From: an uncultured Planctomycetia bacterium
GTDB taxonomy: Bacteria > Planctomycetota > UBA1135 > GCA-002686595
Reading direction: 5' to 3'
DNA length: 64,000 nt
NCBI GenBank assembly: GCA_938003765.1
Contig: CALKYE010000254.1
Location: 29,197 to 93,196, forward strand
A program made the translations under genes and the position numbers. The notes under the pieces are model-generated. The model did not search any database. It saw only the letters and a list, made by a program, of their open reading frames with translations, and was not told where the DNA came from. This document shows, one piece after another, positions 45,758 to 53,974 of the stretch; within the stretch, counting starts at the first letter, position 1, and every line of letters begins with the position of its first letter.

Positions 45758-48700
45758 GTGCTCCCGCCCCGCTTCCAAACCCCGCTTTTCTCGCTGATTC
45801 TGGCCGTTTGTGGCGCGCTGCCCGCGCCGGGCCTCGCCGCGCAGGAGTCCGCCGACGAGCGCTACTCCTTCCTCGTCGGCCTGTGCGACGAGCGCGAATG
45901 GCGCCTGGCTGAACGCGAGGCGCGCGCCTTCCTCGAGGAGTTCCCGCGCCACGCCAAGGCCGACCTCGCGCGCTACCGACTCGCCACCGCGTTGTTCGAG
46001 CTGGGCGAGCGCCAGGCCGCGCGCGATGTGTACGCGCAACTCGAGCGGCGCGCGGAGTTCGAGTTCCGCGCCGAGGTCCTGTTCCGCCTGGGCCAGTGCG
46101 AGCTGAGCCTGGGTCGTGCTGCGCAAGCCATTGCGGCCTTCGAGCGCGTGCGCGCGCTCACGTCGCACTACCTCGCGCCGGCGGCCGAGTTCTTCCTCGC
46201 CGAAGCGCGCTTCGCCGCGGGCGAGTTCGCAGCGGCGGACGAGGGCTATGCGCGCGTGCTCGGCTCGTCCGCGGCGGGCGAGTACGAACGCGAAGCGCGC
46301 TACGGTCAGTGCTGGTGCGCGTTCCGCTTGTCGCGCAACGAGCAGGCGCTCGAGCGCATCGCGCAGTACCTCCAACGCTACGCGCAGCACGACAGCGCTC
46401 TGGAGTTGCGCTACGTCGAGGGCGAGATCCACCTGGCCGCGCAGCGCCCGCGCGAAGCGCTCGCGTCGTTCACGGCGGTGCGCTCGGGTCCGTTCGCGCA
46501 GCGCGCGCTGCGAGGCCGCGCCTTCGCGAGCTCCGCTCTCGGCGATCATGCTGCGGCGGCGCGCCTGTTCGGCGAGTTGCTCGAGCAGGCGCCGCAGGGT
46601 GAGTTCGCGGCCGAGGCCGGTCTGCAGCGCGGCATCCAACTGCTCCTCGCCGGGGATGCTCGCAGCGCCGCGCAGGCGTTGGACTCGCGCGCCAACGACC
46701 CCGAGTCGTGGTACTGGCTCGCGCGGGCCCGTTCGGAGAGCGGTGATCGTTCCGGCGCGCTCGATGCGCTCGAAGCGGCGTTGGCCGCCAAGCCGAAGGG
46801 TGAGCTGCTCGAGCGGCTCAGCGTGTTGCGCGGCGACGTGCTGAGCGCGCTCGGACGCACGGACGACGCGGCCAAGGCCTACTCGGCGGCTCGCAGCGAC
46901 TACGCGTTGCACGCGGCGGCGATCACGGCCTTCAACGCAGGCAAGCTCGACGACGCTGCGCGGACGGCGCGAGCGCTGCTGGAGCAGTTCCCGCAGAGCA
47001 CGTTCGCCGCGCCGATGCGCGTCGTGTGCGGCGAGGAAGCGCTCGCTCGCAAGGACTACGGCGCGGCCGCGCGCGAGTTCGACGCAGCGGCCGGCGACGA
47101 GAGCGCGCAAGACGCGACGCGGGCGCGAGCCTCGTTGCGTGGCGCGTGGTGCGCGCTGCTCGCGGGGGACGCGGAAGGGGCGCTCGAGCGTTCGCAGCGC
47201 ACCGCACGACAGTTCGCCGACGGCGTCGAGGCGCAGGAGGCGCGCTTCGTGCTCGCGCGCGCGGCGGACAAGCTCGGCCGCAGCGAACTCGCGATCGAGG
47301 CGTGGAGCGACTACGTGCGCGCGCAGCCGCGCGGTGAGCACGCCGCCGAAGCTCTCGCGGGGCTCGCGCGCGTCGACCGCGAACGTTCGGCGCAGTGGAG
47401 CGCGCGCCTCGCGGAGCAGTTCCCCGACTCGCAGGCGGTGGTGGGGGCGTTGCTCGAGCTCGCCGAGCGCGAGGCGAGCGAAGGGCGCGTCGCGCGCGCG
47501 CTCGAGCTGTACCGCGACGTGCTCCAGCGTTGGCCTGAGCATCCGCGGGCGGGCGAGGCGCGCTACGCACTCGCATGGCGCCTCTTCGAAGCCGGCGAGT
47601 TCAACGCGGCCGCCGACGAGTTGGAGCTCCTCGCGCAGGTCGACGGACTCGACCCCGCCGTCGCGAGTTCGGCCGCAGAGCTCGCCGTGTGGGCCTCCAG
47701 TCGCGCCGGCGATCGCGACGGCGCCGTGGCCGCCTACCAGCGCTACCGTCGACTCGGCGCCGAGCCGCGCAAGCTGCTCGGTGCGGCCCGACTGGCTGGC
47801 GCGGCTCTCGCCGACGCCGGTCGACCGCAGGAGGCTCGAGCGCTGTTCGACGAGTTGCTCGGCCGAGCGCGCGGCGATCGCGCCGTGCAGGCGGAAGTGC
47901 TGCTCGAGAGCGCGTGGATCGCGCTCGACGCCAAGGACGTCGACGAAGCCGAAGCAGCGCTGCGCACGGCGCTCAAGTTCGGCCCCGCGCCCGCCGCGCG
48001 ACCGGCGCTCGCTCAAGCGCTGTTCTTCGCGGGCGAGTTGCGCTTCGACGCGGGCGAGTTCGATCAGGCGCGCGCCTTGTACGAGCTCGCGCTCCCTGGG
48101 GCCGCCGCGGACGTCGCTGCGCAAGCGCTCTACAAGCTCGGCTTCGCGCACCTTCGCACGGAACGGCTCGACGACGCGGCGCTCGCGTTTGCGCGCGTCG
48201 CGAGCGAGCACCCCGAGCACGAGCTGGCCGGCGAGACGCGCTACCTCAGCGCGAACTGCCGCTTCCGCCAGGGCCGCTTCGAGGAGTGCGCGCAACTGCT
48301 TTCGAGCTTCGTGCGCGAGTCTCCGCGCCACGCTTGCGCGCCCAAGGCTCTGCTCGAGCTGGGCGTGGCCTGCGGCGAGCTCGGGCGCTGGAGCGAGTGC
48401 CAAGCCGCGTTGAGCGAGCTCGCGCGCCGCAACGCGAAGGACATCGACGTCGCGCACGCGGACCTGTGGCGTGCTCGCGCCGCTCGCGAGCGCGGCGACG
48501 TGCGCGGAGCGCGCGCGAGCCTCGAACGAGTGCTCGCCGCCGACAAGGGACTGCACGCCGCGCGCGCGCGGATCGAGCTGGGTCGCCTCGACTCCGACGC
48601 GGGCGAACACGAGGACGCGCTAGCGCAGTTCCTCAAGGTCGCGCTGCTCTACGAGGGCGGCGACGTCGTTCCACAGGCGTTGTTCCTCGCCGCCGGCTCG

Positions 48701-48823
48701 CTCGAGGCCCTCGAGCGCTTCGACAAGGCCCGCGCGCGCTACGCCGAGGTCGTCGAGAAGCACTCGGGTTCGCCGTACGCCGCGCGCGCTCGCGAGCGAC
48801 TCGAAGCGCTCGCAGGCAAGTAG
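45758..48823 (+). CDS. Giant secreted TPR-repeat protein (CpoB/YbgF-like repeats)
   Basis: GTG 45758 with GGAGG 8 nt upstream. Signal peptide. About 1000 aa of TPR-like helical hairpins (AxxxYxLAxxxFxxGxxxxA pattern). Confidence 0.8.
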   Translation: MLPPRFQTPLFSLILAVCGALPAPGLAAQESADERYSFLVGLCDEREWRLAEREARAFLEEFPRHAKADLARYRLATALFELGERQAARDVYAQLERRAEFEFRAEVLFRLGQCELSLGRAAQAIAAFERVRALTSHYLAPAAEFFLAEARFAAGEFAAADEGYARVLGSSAAGEYEREARYGQCWCAFRLSRNEQALERIAQYLQRYAQHDSALELRYVEGEIHLAAQRPREALASFTAVRSGPFAQRALRGRAFASSALGDHAAAARLFGELLEQAPQGEFAAEAGLQRGIQLLLAGDARSAAQALDSRANDPESWYWLARARSESGDRSGALDALEAALAAKPKGELLERLSVLRGDVLSALGRTDDAAKAYSAARSDYALHAAAITAFNAGKLDDAARTARALLEQFPQSTFAAPMRVVCGEEALARKDYGAAAREFDAAAGDESAQDATRARASLRGAWCALLAGDAEGALERSQRTARQFADGVEAQEARFVLARAADKLGRSELAIEAWSDYVRAQPRGEHAAEALAGLARVDRERSAQWSARLAEQFPDSQAVVGALLELAEREASEGRVARALELYRDVLQRWPEHPRAGEARYALAWRLFEAGEFNAAADELELLAQVDGLDPAVASSAAELAVWASSRAGDRDGAVAAYQRYRRLGAEPRKLLGAARLAGAALADAGRPQEARALFDELLGRARGDRAVQAEVLLESAWIALDAKDVDEAEAALRTALKFGPAPAARPALAQALFFAGELRFDAGEFDQARALYELALPGAAADVAAQALYKLGFAHLRTERLDDAALAFARVASEHPEHELAGETRYLSANCRFRQGRFEECAQLLSSFVRESPRHACAPKALLELGVACGELGRWSECQAALSELARRNAKDIDVAHADLWRARAARERGDVRGARASLERVLAADKGLHAARARIELGRLDSDAGEHEDALAQFLKVALLYEGGDVVPQALFLAAGSLEALERFDKARARYAEVVEKHSGSPYAARARERLEALAGK

Positions 48824-48926
48824 CCATTCCATCGCAACGCGCGGCGCGCGCCTGCGCCGTGCGAAGTCCACTCACTCCTGTCCGTCTCCAGCACGAGGCC
48901 GTACTGGCCGCCTCGCCGAGGTTCGC

Positions 48927-49658
48927 ATGTTGTTCGCACCGCAAGACACGCCGCCGCGTCCGATCGCTCAACTCGACAGCGTCTTCGAAATGGTCGTCGC
49001 CGGTGGTCCGGTGATGATTCCGCTAGCGCTGTGCTCGCTCGTCGCGCTCACCTGCGCGTTCGAGCGCGCTCTGCGCCTGCGCGCGCGCTCGCTCGGGATC
49101 GCCGAGCTCGAACGCGAACTTTTGCCCGCGCTCGCCTCGGGCGGCGCGACGGCCGGGCTCGCGCTGCTCGAGCGCCACTCGACTCCCGCGGCGCGCGTGC
49201 TGCGCGCGGGTCTGAGCCGCTGGGACGCGCCGTACCTCGAGCGCGAGAAGGAGCTCGAAGAGGCGGGCCTGCGCGAGGTGCGCGGTCTGTCCGCCAACCT
49301 CAAGCCGCTGGTCTACGTCGCGATGCTCGCGCCGCTGCTGGGCTTCCTCGGCACCGTCTACGGAATGATCGTGGCCTTCTCGACGGTGGCGTTGAGCGAA
49401 GGCCTCGGCCGCCCCGAACTCCTCGCGGCCGGCATCAGCCAGGCGCTGGTGACGACGGCCGCGGGTCTGACGATCGCGGTGCCGACGCAGGTCCTCTACT
49501 ACTGGCTGAAGTCGCGTGTCGAGCGCTTCGCACGCAACGTCGAGGAGCTGTGGGAACGCTCCGCGCGCACGCTCCGCTCCGGAGTCACGCCGCCGCCCGC
49601 GACACCGAGCGCTCCTCCCGTCGCAGAGCCTCTCTCGAGCGCCGCGCAACCTGCCTAG
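48927..49658 (+). CDS. MotA/TolQ/ExbB-family proton channel protein
   Basis: Three TM helices. LGFLGTVYGMIVAF and ISQALVTTAAGLTIAVP are family hallmarks. Confidence 0.9.
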   Translation: MLFAPQDTPPRPIAQLDSVFEMVVAGGPVMIPLALCSLVALTCAFERALRLRARSLGIAELERELLPALASGGATAGLALLERHSTPAARVLRAGLSRWDAPYLEREKELEEAGLREVRGLSANLKPLVYVAMLAPLLGFLGTVYGMIVAFSTVALSEGLGRPELLAAGISQALVTTAAGLTIAVPTQVLYYWLKSRVERFARNVEELWERSARTLRSGVTPPPATPSAPPVAEPLSSAAQPA

Positions 49659-49667
49659 GAGCCTCCC

Positions 49668-50081
49668 ATGCACTTGCGCGACGAAGAGCCGCTCGACGAG
49701 CAGGCCCTCAACCTGACTTCGATGACCGACCTGGTCTTCCTGCTGCTCGTGTTCTTCCTGTGCGCGACGACGTTCCTCGATCCCGAGCGCGCGTTGCGGC
49801 TGGAGCTGCCCGCTGCGCAGAGCGCCGAACGTCGCGATGTCCCGCTCGAGGAGCTCGTGATCAACGTCTCCCGCGACGGAGTCCTCACCCTCGCCGGGCG
49901 TTCGATCGATCGCCCCGCGCTCGAGCGCGAGCTGCGGGCCGCGTTCGCGCGCGATCCGCAGACGCCCGTGACGATCCGCGGCGATCGCCTCGCGACGCAC
50001 GAGAACATCGTCTCCGTGATGGACGTCTGCGGGCAGGCGGGGCTCTCGAACCTGGCTGTCGGAACGCTCGAAGGCTCGTAG
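49668..50081 (+). CDS. ExbD/TolR-family protein
   Basis: AGGAG SD. LNLTSMTDLVFLLLVFFL TM helix with the conserved Asp, then a periplasmic domain (VTIRGDRLATHENIVSVMDVC). Confidence 0.9.
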   Translation: MHLRDEEPLDEQALNLTSMTDLVFLLLVFFLCATTFLDPERALRLELPAAQSAERRDVPLEELVINVSRDGVLTLAGRSIDRPALERELRAAFARDPQTPVTIRGDRLATHENIVSVMDVCGQAGLSNLAVGTLEGS

Positions 50082-50091
50082 GAGATCCGCC

Positions 50092-53000
50092 GTGCTCACC
50101 GCCGCCTCGCGCAAGAACGTCGTGATCGCCATGGCGCTCGCGGGCGCCGCCTTGCTCGCCTTCAACCGCTGGGTGCTGCCGGCGTTGTTCGACCTGCGGC
50201 CGATCCGCGACGGCGCCGGCGTGTACGCGCGCGACGACGCACGCCTGCGGTTGGCGGTGTGGGAGTCGCCGCGCCCGATGGCCGGCGAGCTCGACACACA
50301 GGCTCGCGAGTCGCACGCGCGCACGTCGCCCGACGGCCGCTGGATCGTCTACAGCGTCGGCGAACTCGGCGGCGACTGTGAGCTCTACCTCGCGGAGCTC
50401 GTCGGCGGCGTCCCCGGCGCTCCGCGCGCGCTCGCCGAGTTGAACAGCGCGGCGGACGAGCTCTCGCCCGCGTGGAGCGACGACGCGCTGTACTTCTGCT
50501 CCGATCGCGCGAACGGCGCGGGCGGGTTCGATCTCTACCGCGCGGCGTGGGACGGCGTTTCGTTCGGCGCCGTCGAAGCTCTGGCGGAACTCAACGGCCC
50601 CGCGAACGAGTGCGATCCCGCGCCCGCCGCCGGATTCCTGGTGTTCGCGAGCGATCGCGACGGCGCGGGCTTCGACTTGTACTCGGCGCCGACGGGCGGC
50701 CGCGCGGAGAAGCTCGAACGGCTCTCGAGCGCCGCGCACGAGCGCGATCCGTTCGTCACCCCCGACGGACGCGCGTTGTACTTCGCGAGCAACCGCGCGC
50801 GCGGCGGCGAGGACTTCGACCTCCTGCGCAGCTTCTTCGACCTCGGCGAGTGGCTCGCGCCCGAGCGCATCGCCGGACTGGATTCACGCGCCTGCGAACG
50901 CGCGCCCTCGACCTCGCACGACGGCCTCACGCTGCACTTTGCGCGCGCGGGCGACCCCTCGGCCGAGCTGCTCGTGTCGCGATCGATCGAGCTCTTCCGC
51001 GGCGCCGCGCCGGCGCGGGGATGGGCTGACCTGTGGCTGATGGCAGCGCTCCTGCTGCTGGCTTTGGTCGCCGCGCTGTCCAAGCGCTGGGAGGAGCTCG
51101 ACCTTCTCTACAAGTGCGCGCTGGCGAGCGTCATCGCGCACTTGCTCGTGCTCTTGCTGTTGCGCGAGCTGCACCCCGACGCGGAGGCCTGGGACAAAGG
51201 ACCTCCGCCGCAGCAGCGGATCCGCGTGCGGCTCGAAGCGCCGCGCGAGCGCGGCATCGTCGAACGTGCGGGCCGGCTCGACAGCGAGCGCGTGGCGCGC
51301 AACGAGGCCGAGCAGCCGCAGCGCGCAGAGTTCCAAGCGCCCGCGGATGAGCAGCTCTCGAGCGCTGCTGCGCCGCTCGCGATGGAGTCTGCGCCGATCG
51401 CATCGGCGCCGCAGCCGCAGGCGGCCGAGCTGGAACGCTCCGAGAGCGCGGACGCGGCGCGAACGCCGCCGGTCGAGTTGCCGAGCGAGGCGCGCGCGCG
51501 ACGTGCAGCGTTGGCCGCTCGCGAAGAGGCGCCGCAGCCCTCTGCATCGCGCGCAGAACGCGGTGAGGTTGCGACACCGGGGCCCTCGCTCGCGTTGGTC
51601 GCGCCTCGCGCTGAGGATGACAGCGCTCCAGCCGCATCGGCGCTCACGCGTCAGGCGCCGGAACGAACCGACGAGCGTCTGCCCGCCGCGCAATCTGGCG
51701 CTCCGCTCGAGCGCTCGATCGACGCCGGTGCGCTCGCGGCCGGCCCGCAGGTCGAGTTGCCCGCCGAATCGCCGGCGCGCAGCTCCGCGCTCGAGCCTGA
51801 CGCTCCGCTGTCCGCGCCGCGCTCGTTCGAACGCGAGCGTGCGCCCGCAGAGAGCGCGCGTGGCGCGTCCGCACCCGAGCGAGTCGAGGTCGCGCGCGCC
51901 GCTGATGCGTCGGAGACGAGCGGCCCCGCGAATCACGCGCCGTTGGAGCGCGCTGCGGCGCCGCAGCTTGCTCCCGAGCGCGCATCCGCGTTCGCCTCGG
52001 CCGCTGGCGAGCCGCTCTCGCGCGACGCAGCCGATGCGGCGGGGCCCGAGCTCGCGCTTCCTCGCGAGTCGCGCCAGCTCAGCTCGCTCGCCGCGTCGCC
52101 CGCGAACGAAGCTCCTGCGCCGCGCGCGCTCGCGCCGCAGCGCCGGGCGTCTCCCGACGACTCCGGCCCGAGTGCGCCGATCGCCGCCGCTGCGCCGACG
52201 GACGAGCCTCTCGAGAGCTCCGCGCCCGCGCTGCAGCCTCTCGAAGCCGCGCCGCGCGCAGCAGCGCTCGACACACCACCGGCGCCTCGACCGCTCGACG
52301 ACACGCCGTACCGCTCGCGCTTCGGAACCGAGAAGGAGATCGCGCTGCGCGAGCACGGCGGCACCGAGGAGACCGAGCGCGCGGTGGCGAACGGTCTGCG
52401 CTACCTCGCCAGTCGCCAGCGCCGCGACGGCTCGTGGGGCTCGCCCAACGATGCGCATGCGAAGTACCGCGACGTGCGCGTGGGCAAGAGCGGATTGGCG
52501 CTGCTCGCGTTCCTCGGGGCCGGGCACACGCCGGGTTCGAGCGGCGAGTACGCCCGAGTGAGCGACGCGGCCGTGCAGTGGCTGCTGGCTGTTCAGGATG
52601 CCGACACCGGGCACTTCGGCGACTGCGAGGCCTACGGCCACGGCATCGCGACCTACGCGCTGGCCGAGTGCTACGCGCTGACGCGCGACGCGCGACTCGG
52701 CGACGCGGTGCGGCGCGCGGTCGAGCGCATCCTCTCGCAGCAGATCACGCGCGGCGACGCGCGTTCGATCGGCGGCTGGAGCTACTTCTATCCCGATGGC
52801 GCGATCTTCGATCGCTGGCCGCGCGCTTCGATCGCAGCCTGGCAAGTGATGGCGCTCGAGTCCGCGCGACTGGGCGGCATCGAGGTTCCCGACGAAGCGT
52901 TCGAGCGCGCGCGCGAGTTCCTGCGCGGCTCGTGGGACGCCGAACTCGGCCGCTTCCGCTACAGCCACGATCCGCAGCGCCTGCGCTCGGGCTACGCGAC

Positions 53001-53412
53001 CTTGCCGGGCTCGACACCGGCGGCGCTGTTCGCGCTGTCGCTGCTCGGCGAGGATCTCGCGGCCACGCGCTGGCGCGAGGCGGTCGACTTCGTCAGCGGC
53101 TGCGCGCCGAACGGCTACCGCTGGGAAGGCGAGCAGGCCTTCGTCGAGCGCGCCGGGGGCAACTTGTACTTCTGGTACTACGGCAGCCTTGCGCTGCTGC
53201 GACGCGGCGGCGATGCGTGGGAGCGCTGGAACGTCGCGCTGAAGGAGTCGCTCCCGCCCGCGCAGGCGGCGGACGGCTCGTGGGCGCCGCTCGACGTGTA
53301 CAGCCAATACGCGGGCGACGACGAGCGCGACCGCGTGTACTCGACGGCGATGTGCGTGCTCTCGCTCGAGGTGTACTACCGCTACTTCACGCCGCTGCTC
53401 CAGGTGCGCTGA
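50092..53412 (+). CDS. Membrane protein fusing PD40/TolB-like repeats, a P/A/E-rich extended linker and a C-terminal prenyltransferase/terpene-cyclase-like alpha-alpha toroid
   Basis: GTG 50092 with a TAGGAG SD. N-terminal TM. PD40 units (SPDGRWIVYS, LYFCSDRANGAGGFDLYRA, LVFASDRDGAGFDLYSA, LYFASNRARGGEDFDLLRS). Two TM helices near aa 320-360. A ~400-aa linker. Toroid motifs (GLRYLASRQRRDGSWG, LLAVQDADTGHFG, SIGGWSYF, AADGSWAP). Confidence 0.8.
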   Translation: MLTAASRKNVVIAMALAGAALLAFNRWVLPALFDLRPIRDGAGVYARDDARLRLAVWESPRPMAGELDTQARESHARTSPDGRWIVYSVGELGGDCELYLAELVGGVPGAPRALAELNSAADELSPAWSDDALYFCSDRANGAGGFDLYRAAWDGVSFGAVEALAELNGPANECDPAPAAGFLVFASDRDGAGFDLYSAPTGGRAEKLERLSSAAHERDPFVTPDGRALYFASNRARGGEDFDLLRSFFDLGEWLAPERIAGLDSRACERAPSTSHDGLTLHFARAGDPSAELLVSRSIELFRGAAPARGWADLWLMAALLLLALVAALSKRWEELDLLYKCALASVIAHLLVLLLLRELHPDAEAWDKGPPPQQRIRVRLEAPRERGIVERAGRLDSERVARNEAEQPQRAEFQAPADEQLSSAAAPLAMESAPIASAPQPQAAELERSESADAARTPPVELPSEARARRAALAAREEAPQPSASRAERGEVATPGPSLALVAPRAEDDSAPAASALTRQAPERTDERLPAAQSGAPLERSIDAGALAAGPQVELPAESPARSSALEPDAPLSAPRSFERERAPAESARGASAPERVEVARAADASETSGPANHAPLERAAAPQLAPERASAFASAAGEPLSRDAADAAGPELALPRESRQLSSLAASPANEAPAPRALAPQRRASPDDSGPSAPIAAAAPTDEPLESSAPALQPLEAAPRAAALDTPPAPRPLDDTPYRSRFGTEKEIALREHGGTEETERAVANGLRYLASRQRRDGSWGSPNDAHAKYRDVRVGKSGLALLAFLGAGHTPGSSGEYARVSDAAVQWLLAVQDADTGHFGDCEAYGHGIATYALAECYALTRDARLGDAVRRAVERILSQQITRGDARSIGGWSYFYPDGAIFDRWPRASIAAWQVMALESARLGGIEVPDEAFERAREFLRGSWDAELGRFRYSHDPQRLRSGYATLPGSTPAALFALSLLGEDLAATRWREAVDFVSGCAPNGYRWEGEQAFVERAGGNLYFWYYGSLALLRRGGDAWERWNVALKESLPPAQAADGSWAPLDVYSQYAGDDERDRVYSTAMCVLSLEVYYRYFTPLLQVR

Positions 53413-53491
53413 TGGGACGGCGGAGCTCGCGCGTACACAAGGCCAACACGCCGACGCGGATTGCGTACGGGGCCGCCCCTGTTCAGCCGAT

Positions 53492-53507
53492 AACTACCGT
53501 AGTAGTT
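53492..53507. promoter_or_regulatory. 16-bp dyad box AACTACCGTAGTAGTT, 59 nt upstream of the blaI-like gene (candidate autoregulatory operator)
   Basis: Arms AACTAC/GTAGTT are perfect inverted repeats. 11 of 14 core positions are identical to the boxes at 45697..45731. Sits in the only AT-richer patch of the intergenic region. Confidence 0.6.
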
Positions 53508-53566
53508 TTGAGGCGCAGCGGGTCGCGAGGCGCGATCCGTCTCAGCGCGAAGGAAGCGAACGAGCG

Positions 53567-53974
53567 ATGAAGGACAAGGACCGGATCCACCATCTTGGCG
53601 AGCTGCAGCACGCGATCATGCGCGTGCTCTGGGCCGAGGGCGAAGCGAGCGTGGCGCGCGTGCAGGAGGCGTTGCCCGAAGAGCACCGCCGCGCGCTCAC
53701 CACGATCGCGACCATGCTGACCAAGATGGAGCGCAAGGGCGTGGTCACGCACCGCTCCGAGGGGCGCTTCTTCATCTACGCGCCCGCGGTGAAGGAGACC
53801 GACGTGCGCCGCTCGATGGTCGAGGACCTGACCGAGCGTCTGTTCGACGGCGACGTCGCGGCGCTGGTGTCGCACCTGCTCACCGAGCAGGAGATCGAGC
53901 GCGACGAGCTCGCGCGCCTGCAGAAGCTCATCGAAACGCGTCGCAAGGGGGACAAGGGCCATGGGCGCAAGTGA
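53567..53974 (+). CDS. BlaI/MecI/CopY-family winged-helix transcriptional repressor
   Basis: LGELQHAIMRVLW...TIATMLTKMERKGVV...GRFFIYAP is a typical penicillinase-repressor fold pattern. Overlaps the downstream M56 gene by 14 nt. Confidence 0.9.
   Translation: MKDKDRIHHLGELQHAIMRVLWAEGEASVARVQEALPEEHRRALTTIATMLTKMERKGVVTHRSEGRFFIYAPAVKETDVRRSMVEDLTERLFDGDVAALVSHLLTEQEIERDELARLQKLIETRRKGDKGHGRK

Noticed and set aside
51200-52320. Apparent periodicity in the DNA of the linker region of 50092..53412, considered as a possible CRISPR-like or tandem DNA repeat.
   Set aside because: The periodicity is degenerate and visible at the protein level only (P/A/E-rich ~100-aa units). There are no identical direct DNA repeats with unique spacers, and the region lies in a continuous reading frame.
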